DNA of 51,350 nucleotides from a virus. Lineage: Duplodnaviria > Caudoviricetes. Location of the stretch: positions 1-51,350 of the IMG/VR virus record IMGVR_UViG_3300024308_000033; one strand, given 5' to 3'. Positions 18,080 to 27,100 of the stretch are shown here, one piece after another (positions within the stretch are counted from its first letter, which is position 1; each line of letters starts with the position of its first letter). The notes below the pieces were generated by a model. The model was given only the letters and a program-made list of their open reading frames with translations, was not told the DNA's origin and did no database searches. A program made the position numbers and the translations under genes.

Positions 18080-18435
18080 TCGGCATGGACGCCCGCAGCG
18101 GCTCCTTCAGCGATGACCTGGCACACCTGCGCCAGTCCATCGCCGACATTCTGACCACCCCCATTGGCTCGCGTGTGCAGCGTCGCGAGTACGGATCGCT
18201 CCTGCCGGAGCTGATCGACCAACCGTTCAACGACGAAGCCCGCCTGCGACTGTTCGGCGCCACCGCCACCGCGCTGATGCGTTGGGAGCCGCGCATCAGT
18301 CTGACCCGTATCGACCTGGTCCACGGCGACGTGGCCGGCTCGTTCGTCCTCGACCTGCAGGCCCAGCTGGCCACGCCGAGCGGCGCATCGCGCAACACCC
18401 GCCTTTCCGTACCACTCCGCTTTCCCACCCCTTAA
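18076..18435 (+). CDS. Baseplate wedge protein W (gp25-like)
   Basis: HLRQSIADILTTPIGSRV..R.YGS and WEPRI motifs. Confidence 0.93.
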   Translation: MIGMDARSGSFSDDLAHLRQSIADILTTPIGSRVQRREYGSLLPELIDQPFNDEARLRLFGATATALMRWEPRISLTRIDLVHGDVAGSFVLDLQAQLATPSGASRNTRLSVPLRFPTP

Positions 18436-18450
18436 CCGCAGGAGAAGCCC

Positions 18451-19623
18451 ATGGCCACCAACGGCTACCACCACGGCGTGCGCGTCATTGAAATCAACGG
18501 CGGCACGCGCCCGATCCGCACCGTCTCCACCGCCGTGATCGGCGTTGTCTGCACCGGCGAGGATGCTGACAAGGACGCATTTCCGCTGGACCGCCCGGTC
18601 CTGATTACCGACGTGCTGAGCGCTGTCGGCAAGGCAGGCAAGACCGGCACCCTGCGCGGCACGCTGCAGGGCATCGCTGACCAGGGCAACCCGATTGTGG
18701 TTGTCGTGCGCGTGGCCGGCGCCGGCAATGACACCGACACCACGGCCAAGGTCATCGGTGCCGCCGAAGGTGGCCGCTTCACCGGCCTGCATGCGCTGCT
18801 GGTGGCACAGGCCCAGCTGGGCGTGCGTCCGCGCATCCTGGGCGCGCCGGGGCTGGATACCCAGCCGGTCACCGCTGCGCTGGCCATCGTCGCCAAGAAG
18901 CTGCGCGCCATGGTCTACGCCAGCTGCGCTGCGAGCGCCAACGTGTCGGAAGCGATCTCCTACCGCGAGCAGTTCGCCGACCGTGAAGTGATGCTGATCT
19001 ATCCCGACTTCATGGCCTTCAACACCGCCACCGCATCTACCGGCATGGCCTACGCCGTCGCCCGTGCGCTGGGCGTGCGCGCCATGATCGACCAGCAGCA
19101 GGGCTGGCACAAATCCATTTCCAATGTGCCGGTGGCGGGCGTGACCGGCATCAGCCGTGACGTGCATTGGGATCTGCAGGACCCCAACACGGATGCCGGC
19201 CTGCTCAACGCGGCCGGTGTCACCACGCTCATCAACTCCAACGGCTACAAGTTCTGGGGTTCGCGCACCTGCAGCGATGACCCGTTGTTCCATTTCGAGA
19301 CGGCCACCCGCACCGCACAGATCCTGTCCGACACCATCGCCGAGTCCCGTCAGGTCTATATCGACAAACCGCTACACCCGTCGCTGATCCGCGATCTGCT
19401 GGAGAGCATCAACGCCAAGTTCCGCGATCTGGTCTATGCCGGCTACCTGATCGGCGCCAACGCCTGGTACGACGAAGCCGCGAACGCGTCGCAGTCGCTG
19501 GCCGATGGCCAGCTGGTGATCGACTACGACTACAACCCGGTACCGCCGCTGGAAAACCTTCAGCTGAACCAGCGCATCACCGACCGCTACTTCGCCGATT
19601 TCCCGGCCCGCATCAGCGGCTAA
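18451..19623 (+). CDS. Tail sheath protein (FI)
   Basis: YHHGVRVIE, PRILGAPG, GWHKSISN and FWGSRTC motifs. Confidence 0.95.
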   Translation: MATNGYHHGVRVIEINGGTRPIRTVSTAVIGVVCTGEDADKDAFPLDRPVLITDVLSAVGKAGKTGTLRGTLQGIADQGNPIVVVVRVAGAGNDTDTTAKVIGAAEGGRFTGLHALLVAQAQLGVRPRILGAPGLDTQPVTAALAIVAKKLRAMVYASCAASANVSEAISYREQFADREVMLIYPDFMAFNTATASTGMAYAVARALGVRAMIDQQQGWHKSISNVPVAGVTGISRDVHWDLQDPNTDAGLLNAAGVTTLINSNGYKFWGSRTCSDDPLFHFETATRTAQILSDTIAESRQVYIDKPLHPSLIRDLLESINAKFRDLVYAGYLIGANAWYDEAANASQSLADGQLVIDYDYNPVPPLENLQLNQRITDRYFADFPARISG

Positions 19624-19645
19624 GGCCGCATAAGGAACCAATGCC

Positions 19646-20155
19646 ATGGCTCTGCCCAGCAAGCTGAAAAACCTCAACCTGTTCAACGATGGCCTGAGCT
19701 ACATCGGCCAGGTCACCGAGTTCAAGCTGCCCACCCTGACCCGCAAGATGGAGGAATACCGTGCCGGCGGCATGGTCGGCCCCATCGACATCGACCTGGG
19801 TCAGGAGAAGATCGAGGCCGAGTGGAAGTGTGGCGGGCTGATGCTCGACGTGCTGCGCCAGTACGGTGCCGTCTCGCACAACGCCGTGCAGCTGCGCTTT
19901 GCCGGCGGCTACCAGCGCGAAGACACCGGCGAGGTGGATGCGGTGGAAATCGTCATCCGCGGCCGCCATTCGGAGATCGACTCGGGCACCGGCAAGGTGG
20001 GCGACGACACCGAGTTCAGCGTCAAGACCTCGGCCAGCTACTACAAGCTGACCGTCAACGGCCGCACCGAAATCGAGATCGACATGGTCGGCATGATCTT
20101 TGTCGTCAACGGTGTTGACCTGCAGTCCGCTCTGCGCCGCGCCATCGGCGCCTGA
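19646..20155 (+). CDS. Tail tube protein (FII)
   Basis: MALPSKLKNLNLF, LPTLTRKMEEYRAGGM. Confidence 0.95.
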   Translation: MALPSKLKNLNLFNDGLSYIGQVTEFKLPTLTRKMEEYRAGGMVGPIDIDLGQEKIEAEWKCGGLMLDVLRQYGAVSHNAVQLRFAGGYQREDTGEVDAVEIVIRGRHSEIDSGTGKVGDDTEFSVKTSASYYKLTVNGRTEIEIDMVGMIFVVNGVDLQSALRRAIGA

Positions 20156-20214
20156 TCCCCTTCCCCATTGCCCGGCCGCTTCGACGGCTGGGCCAACCCT
20201 GTGAGAGACGCACC

Positions 20215-20544
20215 ATGAACACCGAATCCAACACCAGCACCACCGCCGACGAAACCACCGGCACCAACGTGATCGTGCTCGAAACCCCCATCCAGCGCGG
20301 CGAGCAGGTGATCCGCTCCGTCCGCCTGCGCAAGCCCACCGCTGGTGACCTGCGCGGCATCAAGCTGTTCGACCTGGCGCAGATGGACGTGACTGCGCTG
20401 ACCACTGTCCTGCCGCGCATCAGCCAGCCGATCCTGACCACTGCCGACGCCGGCAAGCTGGAACCGGCCGACCTGATCGAGATCGCCCGCGTCATCGGTG
20501 ATTTTTTCGTGCCGAAAGCGGAGAAGGAATCCCTGCCTGCGTAG
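20215..20544 (+). CDS. Tail assembly chaperone gpE
   Basis: LETPIQRG..LRKPTAGDLRG motif; slippery T TTT TTC at 20502-20508. Confidence 0.9.
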   Translation: MNTESNTSTTADETTGTNVIVLETPIQRGEQVIRSVRLRKPTAGDLRGIKLFDLAQMDVTALTTVLPRISQPILTTADAGKLEPADLIEIARVIGDFFVPKAEKESLPA

Positions 20545-20669
20545 AGGATCTGATGGCCGATATCGCGGTGATTTTCTCCTTCACCCTCACCGAGCTGTCG
20601 GCCCTCTCCCTGTCTGAACTGATCCAGTGGCGCCAGCGCGCCTATGAACGAAGTGGAGCCCAGCAGTGA
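20502..20669 (+). CDS. gpE' extension made by -1 ribosomal frameshift (gpE+E')
   Basis: The -1 frame from the slippery site stays open to TGA at 20667-20669 and encodes ...VEDLMADIAVIFSFTLTELSALSLSELIQWRQRA, resembling P2 E'. Confidence 0.85.
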   Translation, partial: FFRAESGEGIPACVEDLMADIAVIFSFTLTELSALSLSELIQWRQRAYERSGAQQ

Positions 20670-20681
20670 TACAGTCCGCCC

Positions 20682-20819
20682 ATGGACACCCTTATCGCCA
20701 TCGTCTTTGCGCTGTTCCTGCTGGCCACGGTCGGCGGGCTGCTGGTGTGGGCGTTCAGCGCTGGGTGCCGCTTCCTGGCCGCGCTGGTAGCCGATCCCAC
20801 GGATACCACGACGCCGTAA
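20682..20819 (+). CDS. Small membrane protein (45 aa) between E' and the tape measure gene
   Basis: MDTLIAIVFALFLLATVGGLLVWAFSAGCRFLAALVADPTDTTTP; below the ORF-track cutoff; fills the intergenic gap. Confidence 0.55.
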   Translation: MDTLIAIVFALFLLATVGGLLVWAFSAGCRFLAALVADPTDTTTP

Positions 20820-20841
20820 CACGCGCATCGGTTGTCGTCGC

Positions 20842-23800
20842 ATGAGCGGCGGCAACCTTCGCCTGCAGGTGGTGCTGGAAGCGCTCGACCGTGCCAGCGC
20901 CCCGTTCAAGAAGGTCATGGCCGGCAGCAAGGGCCTGTCCACCGCCCTGCAGGAACAACAGACCAACCTGCGCCGCCTCAATGCCGCCCAGCGGGACGTT
21001 GCGGCCTACCGCCAGCAGCAGCAGGCGGTGCGCGCCACCGAACAGAGCCACCTGGCCGCGCAGCTGCGCGTCGCCGCTCTGGCCCGTCAGATCCAAGAGG
21101 CTGGCACCCCCACCCGCAAGCTGAGCCGCGAGTTCGCGCAGGCCAAGGCTGCAGCTGCACAGCTCAAGGGCCAGCACCAGCAGCAGTCGGTGGAGCTGCA
21201 GCGCCTGCGTGGCAGTCTGGACCGCGCCGGTATCAGCACGCGGCAGCTGGGGACGCATGAGCGCAAGCTGCGTGGCGAAATCGCCGCAGTCTCGACGCAG
21301 ATGGAGGCGCAGCGCACTCGCTTGGCTGCGCTCGATGCGGCGCAGGCCCGTAGCCGCAAGATCCACAGCGCCGGCATGAACGCCGCCGCACACGGCACCG
21401 GCGTGGCGTTGGCTGCGTTCGGCGCCCTGCGTGCGCAGACGCTGCCCATCGCGCAGGCCATGAGCTTCGAGTCGGCCATGGCCGACGTGAAAAAGGTGGT
21501 CGACTTCGACACACCGGACGGCTTCGAGAAGATGGGCCGCGACATTGAGGAACTGTCGCGCCGCCTGCCCATGGTGCCCACCGACATCGCCAAGATCGTC
21601 GCCGCCGCCGGCCAGGCTGGCATCGCCAGCAACGAGCTGACCCGGTTCGCCGAGGACGCAGCCAAGATGGGCGTGGCCTTCGACACGACGGCCGAAGACG
21701 CCGGCCAGACGATGGCCACATGGCGTACCGCATTCCGTATGGGGCAGGACGACGTTGTCGTGCTGGCCGACAAAATCAACTACCTGGGCAACACCGGCCC
21801 GGCCAGCGTCCAGAAGATCAGCGAGGTGGTGAACCGCATCGGTGCGCTGGGCGAGGTCGCCGGCCTCGGCAGCGGCCCGCTGGCGGCTCTTGGCGCCACC
21901 GTCGCCGGCATGGGCATTGAGTCCGAAGTGTCGGCCACCGGCATTAAGAACATGCTGCTCACGCTGTCCTCGGGCGAGGCGGCAACGTCTCGGCAGGTGG
22001 CCGCGTTCGACAAGCTGGGGTTGAAGGCCGGCGATATGGCCAAGGCGATGCAGGACGACGCCGGCGGCGCCATCCTGCAGGTGCTGGAAAAGCTCAAGCA
22101 ACTGCCCAAGGCCGAGCAAGCTGCGACGATGACGCAGCTGTTTGGCCGCGAGTCGATCGGTGCGATCGCGCCGCTGCTGACCAACCTTGAATTGCTCAAG
22201 GGCAATCTGGGCAAGGTCGCTGACGAACAGAAGTACGGCGGTTCGATGAACGCCGAATATGCCGCGCGTGTGGGCACGGCAGAAAACGGTTTGATCCTGC
22301 TCAAGAACAGCGCCACCGTGCTTTCGCAGCGCCTGGGCAAGACCCTGCTGCCGACGGTCAAGGAACTGGCCGCGCGCGTGGCCAAGGTCGCCGACCGGGT
22401 GGCCGAGTGGGTGACCAAGAACCCGGCGCTGGTGGCCACCATCGCCAAGCTGGCCATCGGCGGTACCGCCCTGGCCGCTGCGCTGGGCGGCCTGCTGGTC
22501 GCTGGCGGTGTGGGCGCCATGGCGCTGACACAGATCCACAAGGCCACGATGCTGCTCAGCGGCGGCGGTGGCATCGGCCGGCTGGTTGGCCAGGTGTTGT
22601 CGTTGGGTGGCAGGGCCTTCCCCATGCTGCTCAACGTCGGCCGCATGCTGCTGCCGATGCTCGGCGGCATCAGCCTGCCGGTGCTGGCCATCGGCGCCGC
22701 TGTGGCCGTTGTAGCCGCGCTGGTCTGGAAATACTGGGAGCCGATCAAGGCGTTCATGATCGGCGTGTGGCAGGGCGTGCTCGATGTGGTCAACCCGATC
22801 ATGGCCGAGCTGATGACCGCGCTGGAACCGCTGGGGCCGGTGTGGGCGCAGGTGTCCGATGCCATGGGCAAAGCCTGGGCATGGGTGCAGAAGCTGTTCA
22901 CCCCCTTCAAGGCCACCAGCGAGCAGCTGCAGGGCGCCACCACTGCCGGCCGTGGCTTTGGCCAGGTGCTGGGCCAGGTGCTGACCGTCAACCTGCGCAT
23001 GGCCGTCGTCGCTGTCGGCTGGCTGGTGAAGGCGTTCACCTTCATGCTGCCGATCATCCAGAACGCCGTCGGCGGCGCGTGGACGTACCTGCAGGGCGCA
23101 TGGCAGCTGATCGTCGGCCTGTTCACCCTCAACGGGGACAAGATCCGGTCGGGCCTGACGGCCATGTGGGACGGCGCCAATCAGATCCTGCTCGGCTGGC
23201 CAGCGAGGATGATGCAGGCCGGCATCGACATGGTGCAGGGCTTGGTCAACGGCATCACGTCCAGCGGCAGCGCAGCGATGGATGCGGTGGCCAACATCGC
23301 CTCGGGCGTGATGGATCGCTTCAAGGGTCTGCTGGGCATCCACAGCCCGTCGCGCGTGTTCGCGCAGTTCGGTGACTTCACCATGCAGGGCCTGGCCGGC
23401 GGCATCGACCGGAGCCAGGGCGAGCCGTTGCAGCAGGTGACCAACGTTGGCGACCGCATCACGCAGGCTGGTGCCGGCATGAGCGAGCGCATGCAGCAGG
23501 CGGGCGTGGGCGGCACTGCCGAATCAGCCAGCCGCCTTGATGAACTGCGGCAGCGACGCATCGCCCGCAACGGCTCGGACGCCGATACCGAACGTGCCAC
23601 CGCCAGCCGTGACCGCCTGCGTGCAGCAGCGGTTGGCGGCGAGCGCGTGACACGGATCAGCGCCGGCATGACCCAGCGCATGCAGGAGCCTGCGGCCAAC
23701 AGCGCAGCCGGGCCGACCCGACTGGACCAGCTGCGCGAGCAGCGCATTGCGCGCCTGGGCAACACCGCTGACACCGCACGCGCTACCGCCAGCGGCGACA

Positions 23801-24051
23801 AGCTGCGCCAAGCATCGGCCGGATTCGCGCTGGGCGCCGCTGCGTTGCCCGTCATGGCCGCAGCCGCTCCGGTGATGGCCCCGGCGGCTCCGCAGGCCGC
23901 AGCGGGCAGCACAGGCGCTTCCAGCTACACCATCAACATCCAACCGCCGTCCGGCGCCGACTCCCGCGAGATTGCGGATCTGGTGCGGCAGGCCATTGAA
24001 CAGATCGAGCGCGACAAGGCCACCCGACGCGGTGCCCGGCTCAGCGACTGA
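20842..24051 (+). CDS. Tail tape measure protein (gpT)
   Basis: Long Ala-rich helical protein with FESAMADVKKVVDF core, aromatic repeats and LGIHSPSRVF. Confidence 0.95.
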   Translation: MSGGNLRLQVVLEALDRASAPFKKVMAGSKGLSTALQEQQTNLRRLNAAQRDVAAYRQQQQAVRATEQSHLAAQLRVAALARQIQEAGTPTRKLSREFAQAKAAAAQLKGQHQQQSVELQRLRGSLDRAGISTRQLGTHERKLRGEIAAVSTQMEAQRTRLAALDAAQARSRKIHSAGMNAAAHGTGVALAAFGALRAQTLPIAQAMSFESAMADVKKVVDFDTPDGFEKMGRDIEELSRRLPMVPTDIAKIVAAAGQAGIASNELTRFAEDAAKMGVAFDTTAEDAGQTMATWRTAFRMGQDDVVVLADKINYLGNTGPASVQKISEVVNRIGALGEVAGLGSGPLAALGATVAGMGIESEVSATGIKNMLLTLSSGEAATSRQVAAFDKLGLKAGDMAKAMQDDAGGAILQVLEKLKQLPKAEQAATMTQLFGRESIGAIAPLLTNLELLKGNLGKVADEQKYGGSMNAEYAARVGTAENGLILLKNSATVLSQRLGKTLLPTVKELAARVAKVADRVAEWVTKNPALVATIAKLAIGGTALAAALGGLLVAGGVGAMALTQIHKATMLLSGGGGIGRLVGQVLSLGGRAFPMLLNVGRMLLPMLGGISLPVLAIGAAVAVVAALVWKYWEPIKAFMIGVWQGVLDVVNPIMAELMTALEPLGPVWAQVSDAMGKAWAWVQKLFTPFKATSEQLQGATTAGRGFGQVLGQVLTVNLRMAVVAVGWLVKAFTFMLPIIQNAVGGAWTYLQGAWQLIVGLFTLNGDKIRSGLTAMWDGANQILLGWPARMMQAGIDMVQGLVNGITSSGSAAMDAVANIASGVMDRFKGLLGIHSPSRVFAQFGDFTMQGLAGGIDRSQGEPLQQVTNVGDRITQAGAGMSERMQQAGVGGTAESASRLDELRQRRIARNGSDADTERATASRDRLRAAAVGGERVTRISAGMTQRMQEPAANSAAGPTRLDQLREQRIARLGNTADTARATASGDKLRQASAGFALGAAALPVMAAAAPVMAPAAPQAAAGSTGASSYTINIQPPSGADSREIADLVRQAIEQIERDKATRRGARLSD

Positions 24052-24062
24052 GGACCACCACC

Positions 24063-24461
24063 ATGATGATGACCTGGGGCACGTTCGTGTTCTCTCTCTC
24101 CACCGCCGCCTACGGCGAGCTGCAGCGCCAGATGACCTGGCGGCACGCCAGCAGCGACCGCGTGGGCGCCCGCGCAGTCCGGCAGTACGTCGGGCCGGGC
24201 GATGACACCATCAGCCTGCAGGGAACCATCGCCGGCGAGCTGGCCACCGACCTGCAGGTGCTGGACAAGCTGCGCGAGCTGGCCGACCAAGGCAAACCGC
24301 AGGCGCTGGTGGAGGGAACGGGCCGTGTCTACGGTGCCTACCTGCTGACCAGCCTCAGCGAAACGCGACGCGAGCTGTTTAGCGACGGCACGCCGCGCCT
24401 GATCGACTTCCAGATGCAGTTGGAACGCGACGACGACGGCGCAAGCGAGACCATCGCATGA
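24063..24461 (+). CDS. Tail protein U
   Basis: MMMTWGTFVF, QYVGPGDDTISLQG motifs. Confidence 0.92.
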   Translation: MMMTWGTFVFSLSTAAYGELQRQMTWRHASSDRVGARAVRQYVGPGDDTISLQGTIAGELATDLQVLDKLRELADQGKPQALVEGTGRVYGAYLLTSLSETRRELFSDGTPRLIDFQMQLERDDDGASETIA

Positions 24462-25477
24462 GGGCCAGCCCGTACCCGATCCCCGCGTGGCGGGTCGTCC
24501 TCGACGGCGTGGATCTGACCGAACGGCTGGCCCCGCGCCTGCTGGATCTGTCCCTGACCGAAAGCCGTGGCGACGAAGCCGACCAGGTCGATCTGCGCGT
24601 GCACGACCATGACGGCAGGCTGGCCCTGCCTCGCCGGGGCGTCACCCTGCAGGTGGCCATCGGCTACGAAGGCAGTGGCCTGTTCGACAAGGGCACCTTC
24701 AAGGTCGATGACGTAGAACACAGCGGCTCGCCCGACATCATCACGATTCGGGCGCGTTCGGCCGATCTGACCGGCGCGACTCGCCGGCGCCGCGAACGCA
24801 GTTGGCACGACACCACCCTGGGCGACATTCTCAGCGCCATTGCGGGCGAGCATTCGCTGCGCACGTCCGTGGCCGCGGATCTGGCGGGCGTTGCCATTGC
24901 CCACCTCGATCAAGCCAACGAGAGCGACATCAACCTGCTCACGCGCTTGGGCAAGCGCTTCGACGCGGTGGCCACGGTGAAGGCTGGAACGCTGATCTTT
25001 GCGCCCATCGGTGCAGGCACCACCGCCAGCGGCCAGCCGCTGCCTGGCGTGCGGATCACGCGCGCGTCGGGTGACCAGCACCGCTACAGCGTTGCTGACC
25101 GCGAGAAGTTCACTGGCGTTCGCGCGTACTGGGGCGACCGCAAGGCAGCGCGTCGCACGGGCGTGCTGGTGGGCACGTCCGAGAACGAAAAGAAGCTGCA
25201 GGCCACGTATGCCACCGCAGACGAAGCCCGGCAGCACGCCGAGGCCGAGTTCAAGCGTCTGGACCGAGGCACCGCGCAGCTGAGCTACCGGCTCGCTGTT
25301 GGACGCGCCGATATCTACCCGGAGCAGACGGTCAACGTCAGCGGCTTCAAACCGGAGATTGATGGCACCGACTGGCTGGTGGCCAAGGCCACGCATACCA
25401 TCGACGCCAGCGGCGGCTTCGTTACCGCCTTAGAACTTGAACGCGGCGGCGAAGCCAGCGCAGAACCATCGGCTTGA
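24458..25477 (+). CDS. Late control/baseplate hub protein D
   Basis: EADQVDL, GSPDIITIRARSAD and DQANESD motifs. Confidence 0.92.
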   Translation: MRASPYPIPAWRVVLDGVDLTERLAPRLLDLSLTESRGDEADQVDLRVHDHDGRLALPRRGVTLQVAIGYEGSGLFDKGTFKVDDVEHSGSPDIITIRARSADLTGATRRRRERSWHDTTLGDILSAIAGEHSLRTSVAADLAGVAIAHLDQANESDINLLTRLGKRFDAVATVKAGTLIFAPIGAGTTASGQPLPGVRITRASGDQHRYSVADREKFTGVRAYWGDRKAARRTGVLVGTSENEKKLQATYATADEARQHAEAEFKRLDRGTAQLSYRLAVGRADIYPEQTVNVSGFKPEIDGTDWLVAKATHTIDASGGFVTALELERGGEASAEPSA

Positions 25478-25793
25478 GGTAGCGCGTGGCAGCACCCGCG
25501 ATCAGGAACAACGCCGCGTGTGGGAGTGTCGAGCCGCACGCAGCTTCAATGCTCGGGGTTGGGTAGGTTGCCTGCCAGATCGCCAGCGCGATCAACGCAG
25601 TGGACAAAGGGCGCCCCGTTTCCGTGGGCGCCCTTTCTGTTTCGTTCTGTGCGAAGCGGTGATGCTCCGCGTGTGGGCACTGCATCTGCACGTCGCCCGT
25701 AAACACCTGGCCGATCACGGCCCCTTCAAACACGGTCTGACCCTTGCAAACGCACGTAGCCGCACCACGCTCCACACCATCACCGCAACTCAT
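25422..25793 (-). CDS. Small hydrophobic protein downstream of the repressor, sharing a motif with the repressor C-terminus
   Basis: 123-aa ORF co-oriented with the repressor. N-terminal TVFEGAVIGQVFTGDV motif, two hydrophobic stretches and a basic tail. The 3' end overlaps gpD convergently by 56 nt. Confidence 0.55.
   Translation of the reverse strand: MSCGDGVERGAATCVCKGQTVFEGAVIGQVFTGDVQMQCPHAEHHRFAQNETERAPTETGRPLSTALIALAIWQATYPTPSIEAACGSTLPHAALFLIAGAATRYLKPMVLRWLRRRVQVLRR
25606..25645 (+). terminator. Putative intrinsic terminator of the tail operon
   Basis: AAAGGGCGCCC (25606-25616) pairs with GGGCGCCCTTT (25626-25636), followed by a T-rich run. Confidence 0.6.
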
Positions 25794-25874
25794 AATCCAT
25801 CACACCGTATAGCGCGCCACACCGGCGCCTCTTGCGATGTGAGTTAGCGGCCTGAATAGAGCGCGGCGTGAGCG

Positions 25875-26306
25875 TTATCGGCTGGGTTTCTTTGATGCTT
25901 TAGGCGCCTTGACAACAACCTTTTGCCCACGCAGATCCACGTCACCGCTGATCTGCTGGCCGATGCTGGTGTTCTCGAACGAAGTACGGGGCGCTGCCGC
26001 CGGCGTAGCCGCCGCAACGCCACGCAGCGCTGCCATGACGGCGGAGCGTGCCGAAGCCGACGCACCGCGCCACGCATCGAGCAGATCCACGTCGGCCTCG
26101 GCAAGGCGATCACGCCGGCCGACCAGCACATAGGTCACATCGACGCCGAGTTCATCGGCCGCAACGAAGTAGGCGCCACCGGGCAGGTGTGCGTCTTGCT
26201 CGAACAGGATCTGCGTGCGCTTGGCAACACCGCAGGCCAGTCCCATGGCCTCCTGGGTCAGACCCAGCCGCTTCCGTTCTTCTTTCAGGCGAATACCTAC
26301 AGACAC
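25875..26306 (-). CDS. Prophage repressor (XRE/HTH)
   Basis: GTG start at 26306 with a purine-rich SD. VGIRLKEERKRLGLTQE... HTH and LGVDVTYVLVG; divergent from the early operon. Confidence 0.88.
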   Translation of the reverse strand: MSVGIRLKEERKRLGLTQEAMGLACGVAKRTQILFEQDAHLPGGAYFVAADELGVDVTYVLVGRRDRLAEADVDLLDAWRGASASARSAVMAALRGVAAATPAAAPRTSFENTSIGQQISGDVDLRGQKVVVKAPKASKKPSR

Positions 26307-26318
26307 GCAATTTCCCCC

Positions 26319-26347
26319 TTGACAGGTGTAGTTAACTTCACCACCAT
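26319..26347 (+). promoter_or_regulatory. Early promoter with overlapping palindromic operator
   Basis: TTGACA at 26319, 17-bp spacer, CACCAT. The spacer is a near-perfect palindrome GGTGTAGTTAACTTCACC (26325-26342). Confidence 0.6.
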
Positions 26348-26376
26348 TCCGCTTAGAAATACACAGCGGAAACGGA

Positions 26377-26694
26377 ATGAACGCCAAACGACGTACCACT
26401 GCGCTACGCACTGCCGAACAAGCCCGGCAGTGGCTCATCGACAACGGCCTGTCCGTTCCCGCGTTTGCGGAGTTGCATGGACTGGACCGGCACGCCGTCA
26501 ACAACGCCCTGCGCAGCACCAGCAAGTGCCGGATCGGAAAGACCCACGATGCTGCCGTCGCGCTCGGCATGAAGGCCGTCAGTGATTCTCACACAGAATC
26601 ACCCGTTTCCACCCGTATTCGCACGGTCAAGAAGACTGCCGGCAAAGCCCCGGTTAAGTCGAAGGTTGCGAAGAAGGCGCGGGGTAAGGCATGA
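26377..26694 (+). CDS. Cro/Ner-like phage DNA-binding protein
   Basis: RTAEQARQWL..G.SV..FA...GKTHDAAVALGMK pattern; first gene divergent from the repressor; Lys-rich tail. Confidence 0.75.
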   Translation: MNAKRRTTALRTAEQARQWLIDNGLSVPAFAELHGLDRHAVNNALRSTSKCRIGKTHDAAVALGMKAVSDSHTESPVSTRIRTVKKTAGKAPVKSKVAKKARGKA

Positions 26695-27032
26695 GTGCCA
26701 CAGTCGGACAGCGCGCTGTGTTCTGCTGCCCTGCCTGCAATGCCCGGCTGGTGAAGCGCACCAGTGCCCTGCAACACCCGTTCCTGCGTACTGACGCCTA
26801 CGTCTGCCCGAATCCGATGTGTGGTGCTACCTACACCGGCAGTTCGGAACTGACCAACGTGGCCAGCCCCAGCGGCCTCCCCAGCGCTCCAGCCTGCGAG
26901 CTGCCGCCAACACCCAACTACCAGCGAACGATGCTGCAGACGCGCTGGAAGCAGGACCAGGGCGAGCTGCAAACCGACTGGATCGACGCAATCGAATCCT
27001 GTCCACCCGACGGCGATCAGCCCTCGGTCTGA
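26691..27032 (+). CDS. Ogr/Delta-like zinc-finger late activator
   Basis: CPAC...RTS...YVCPNPMCGATY (C4 zinc finger) followed by SPSG. Confidence 0.85.
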   Translation: MSATVGQRAVFCCPACNARLVKRTSALQHPFLRTDAYVCPNPMCGATYTGSSELTNVASPSGLPSAPACELPPTPNYQRTMLQTRWKQDQGELQTDWIDAIESCPPDGDQPSV

Positions 27033-27100
27033 TGCACCTTTCCCCCTTCCACAACCACTGACCTGGCGCCATCCGGCGCCAGCAAGGGAGTGCTGCGCCT

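Noticed and set aside
20755-23343. 862-aa minus-strand ORF
   Set aside because: Shadow of the tape measure gene caused by GC3 bias.
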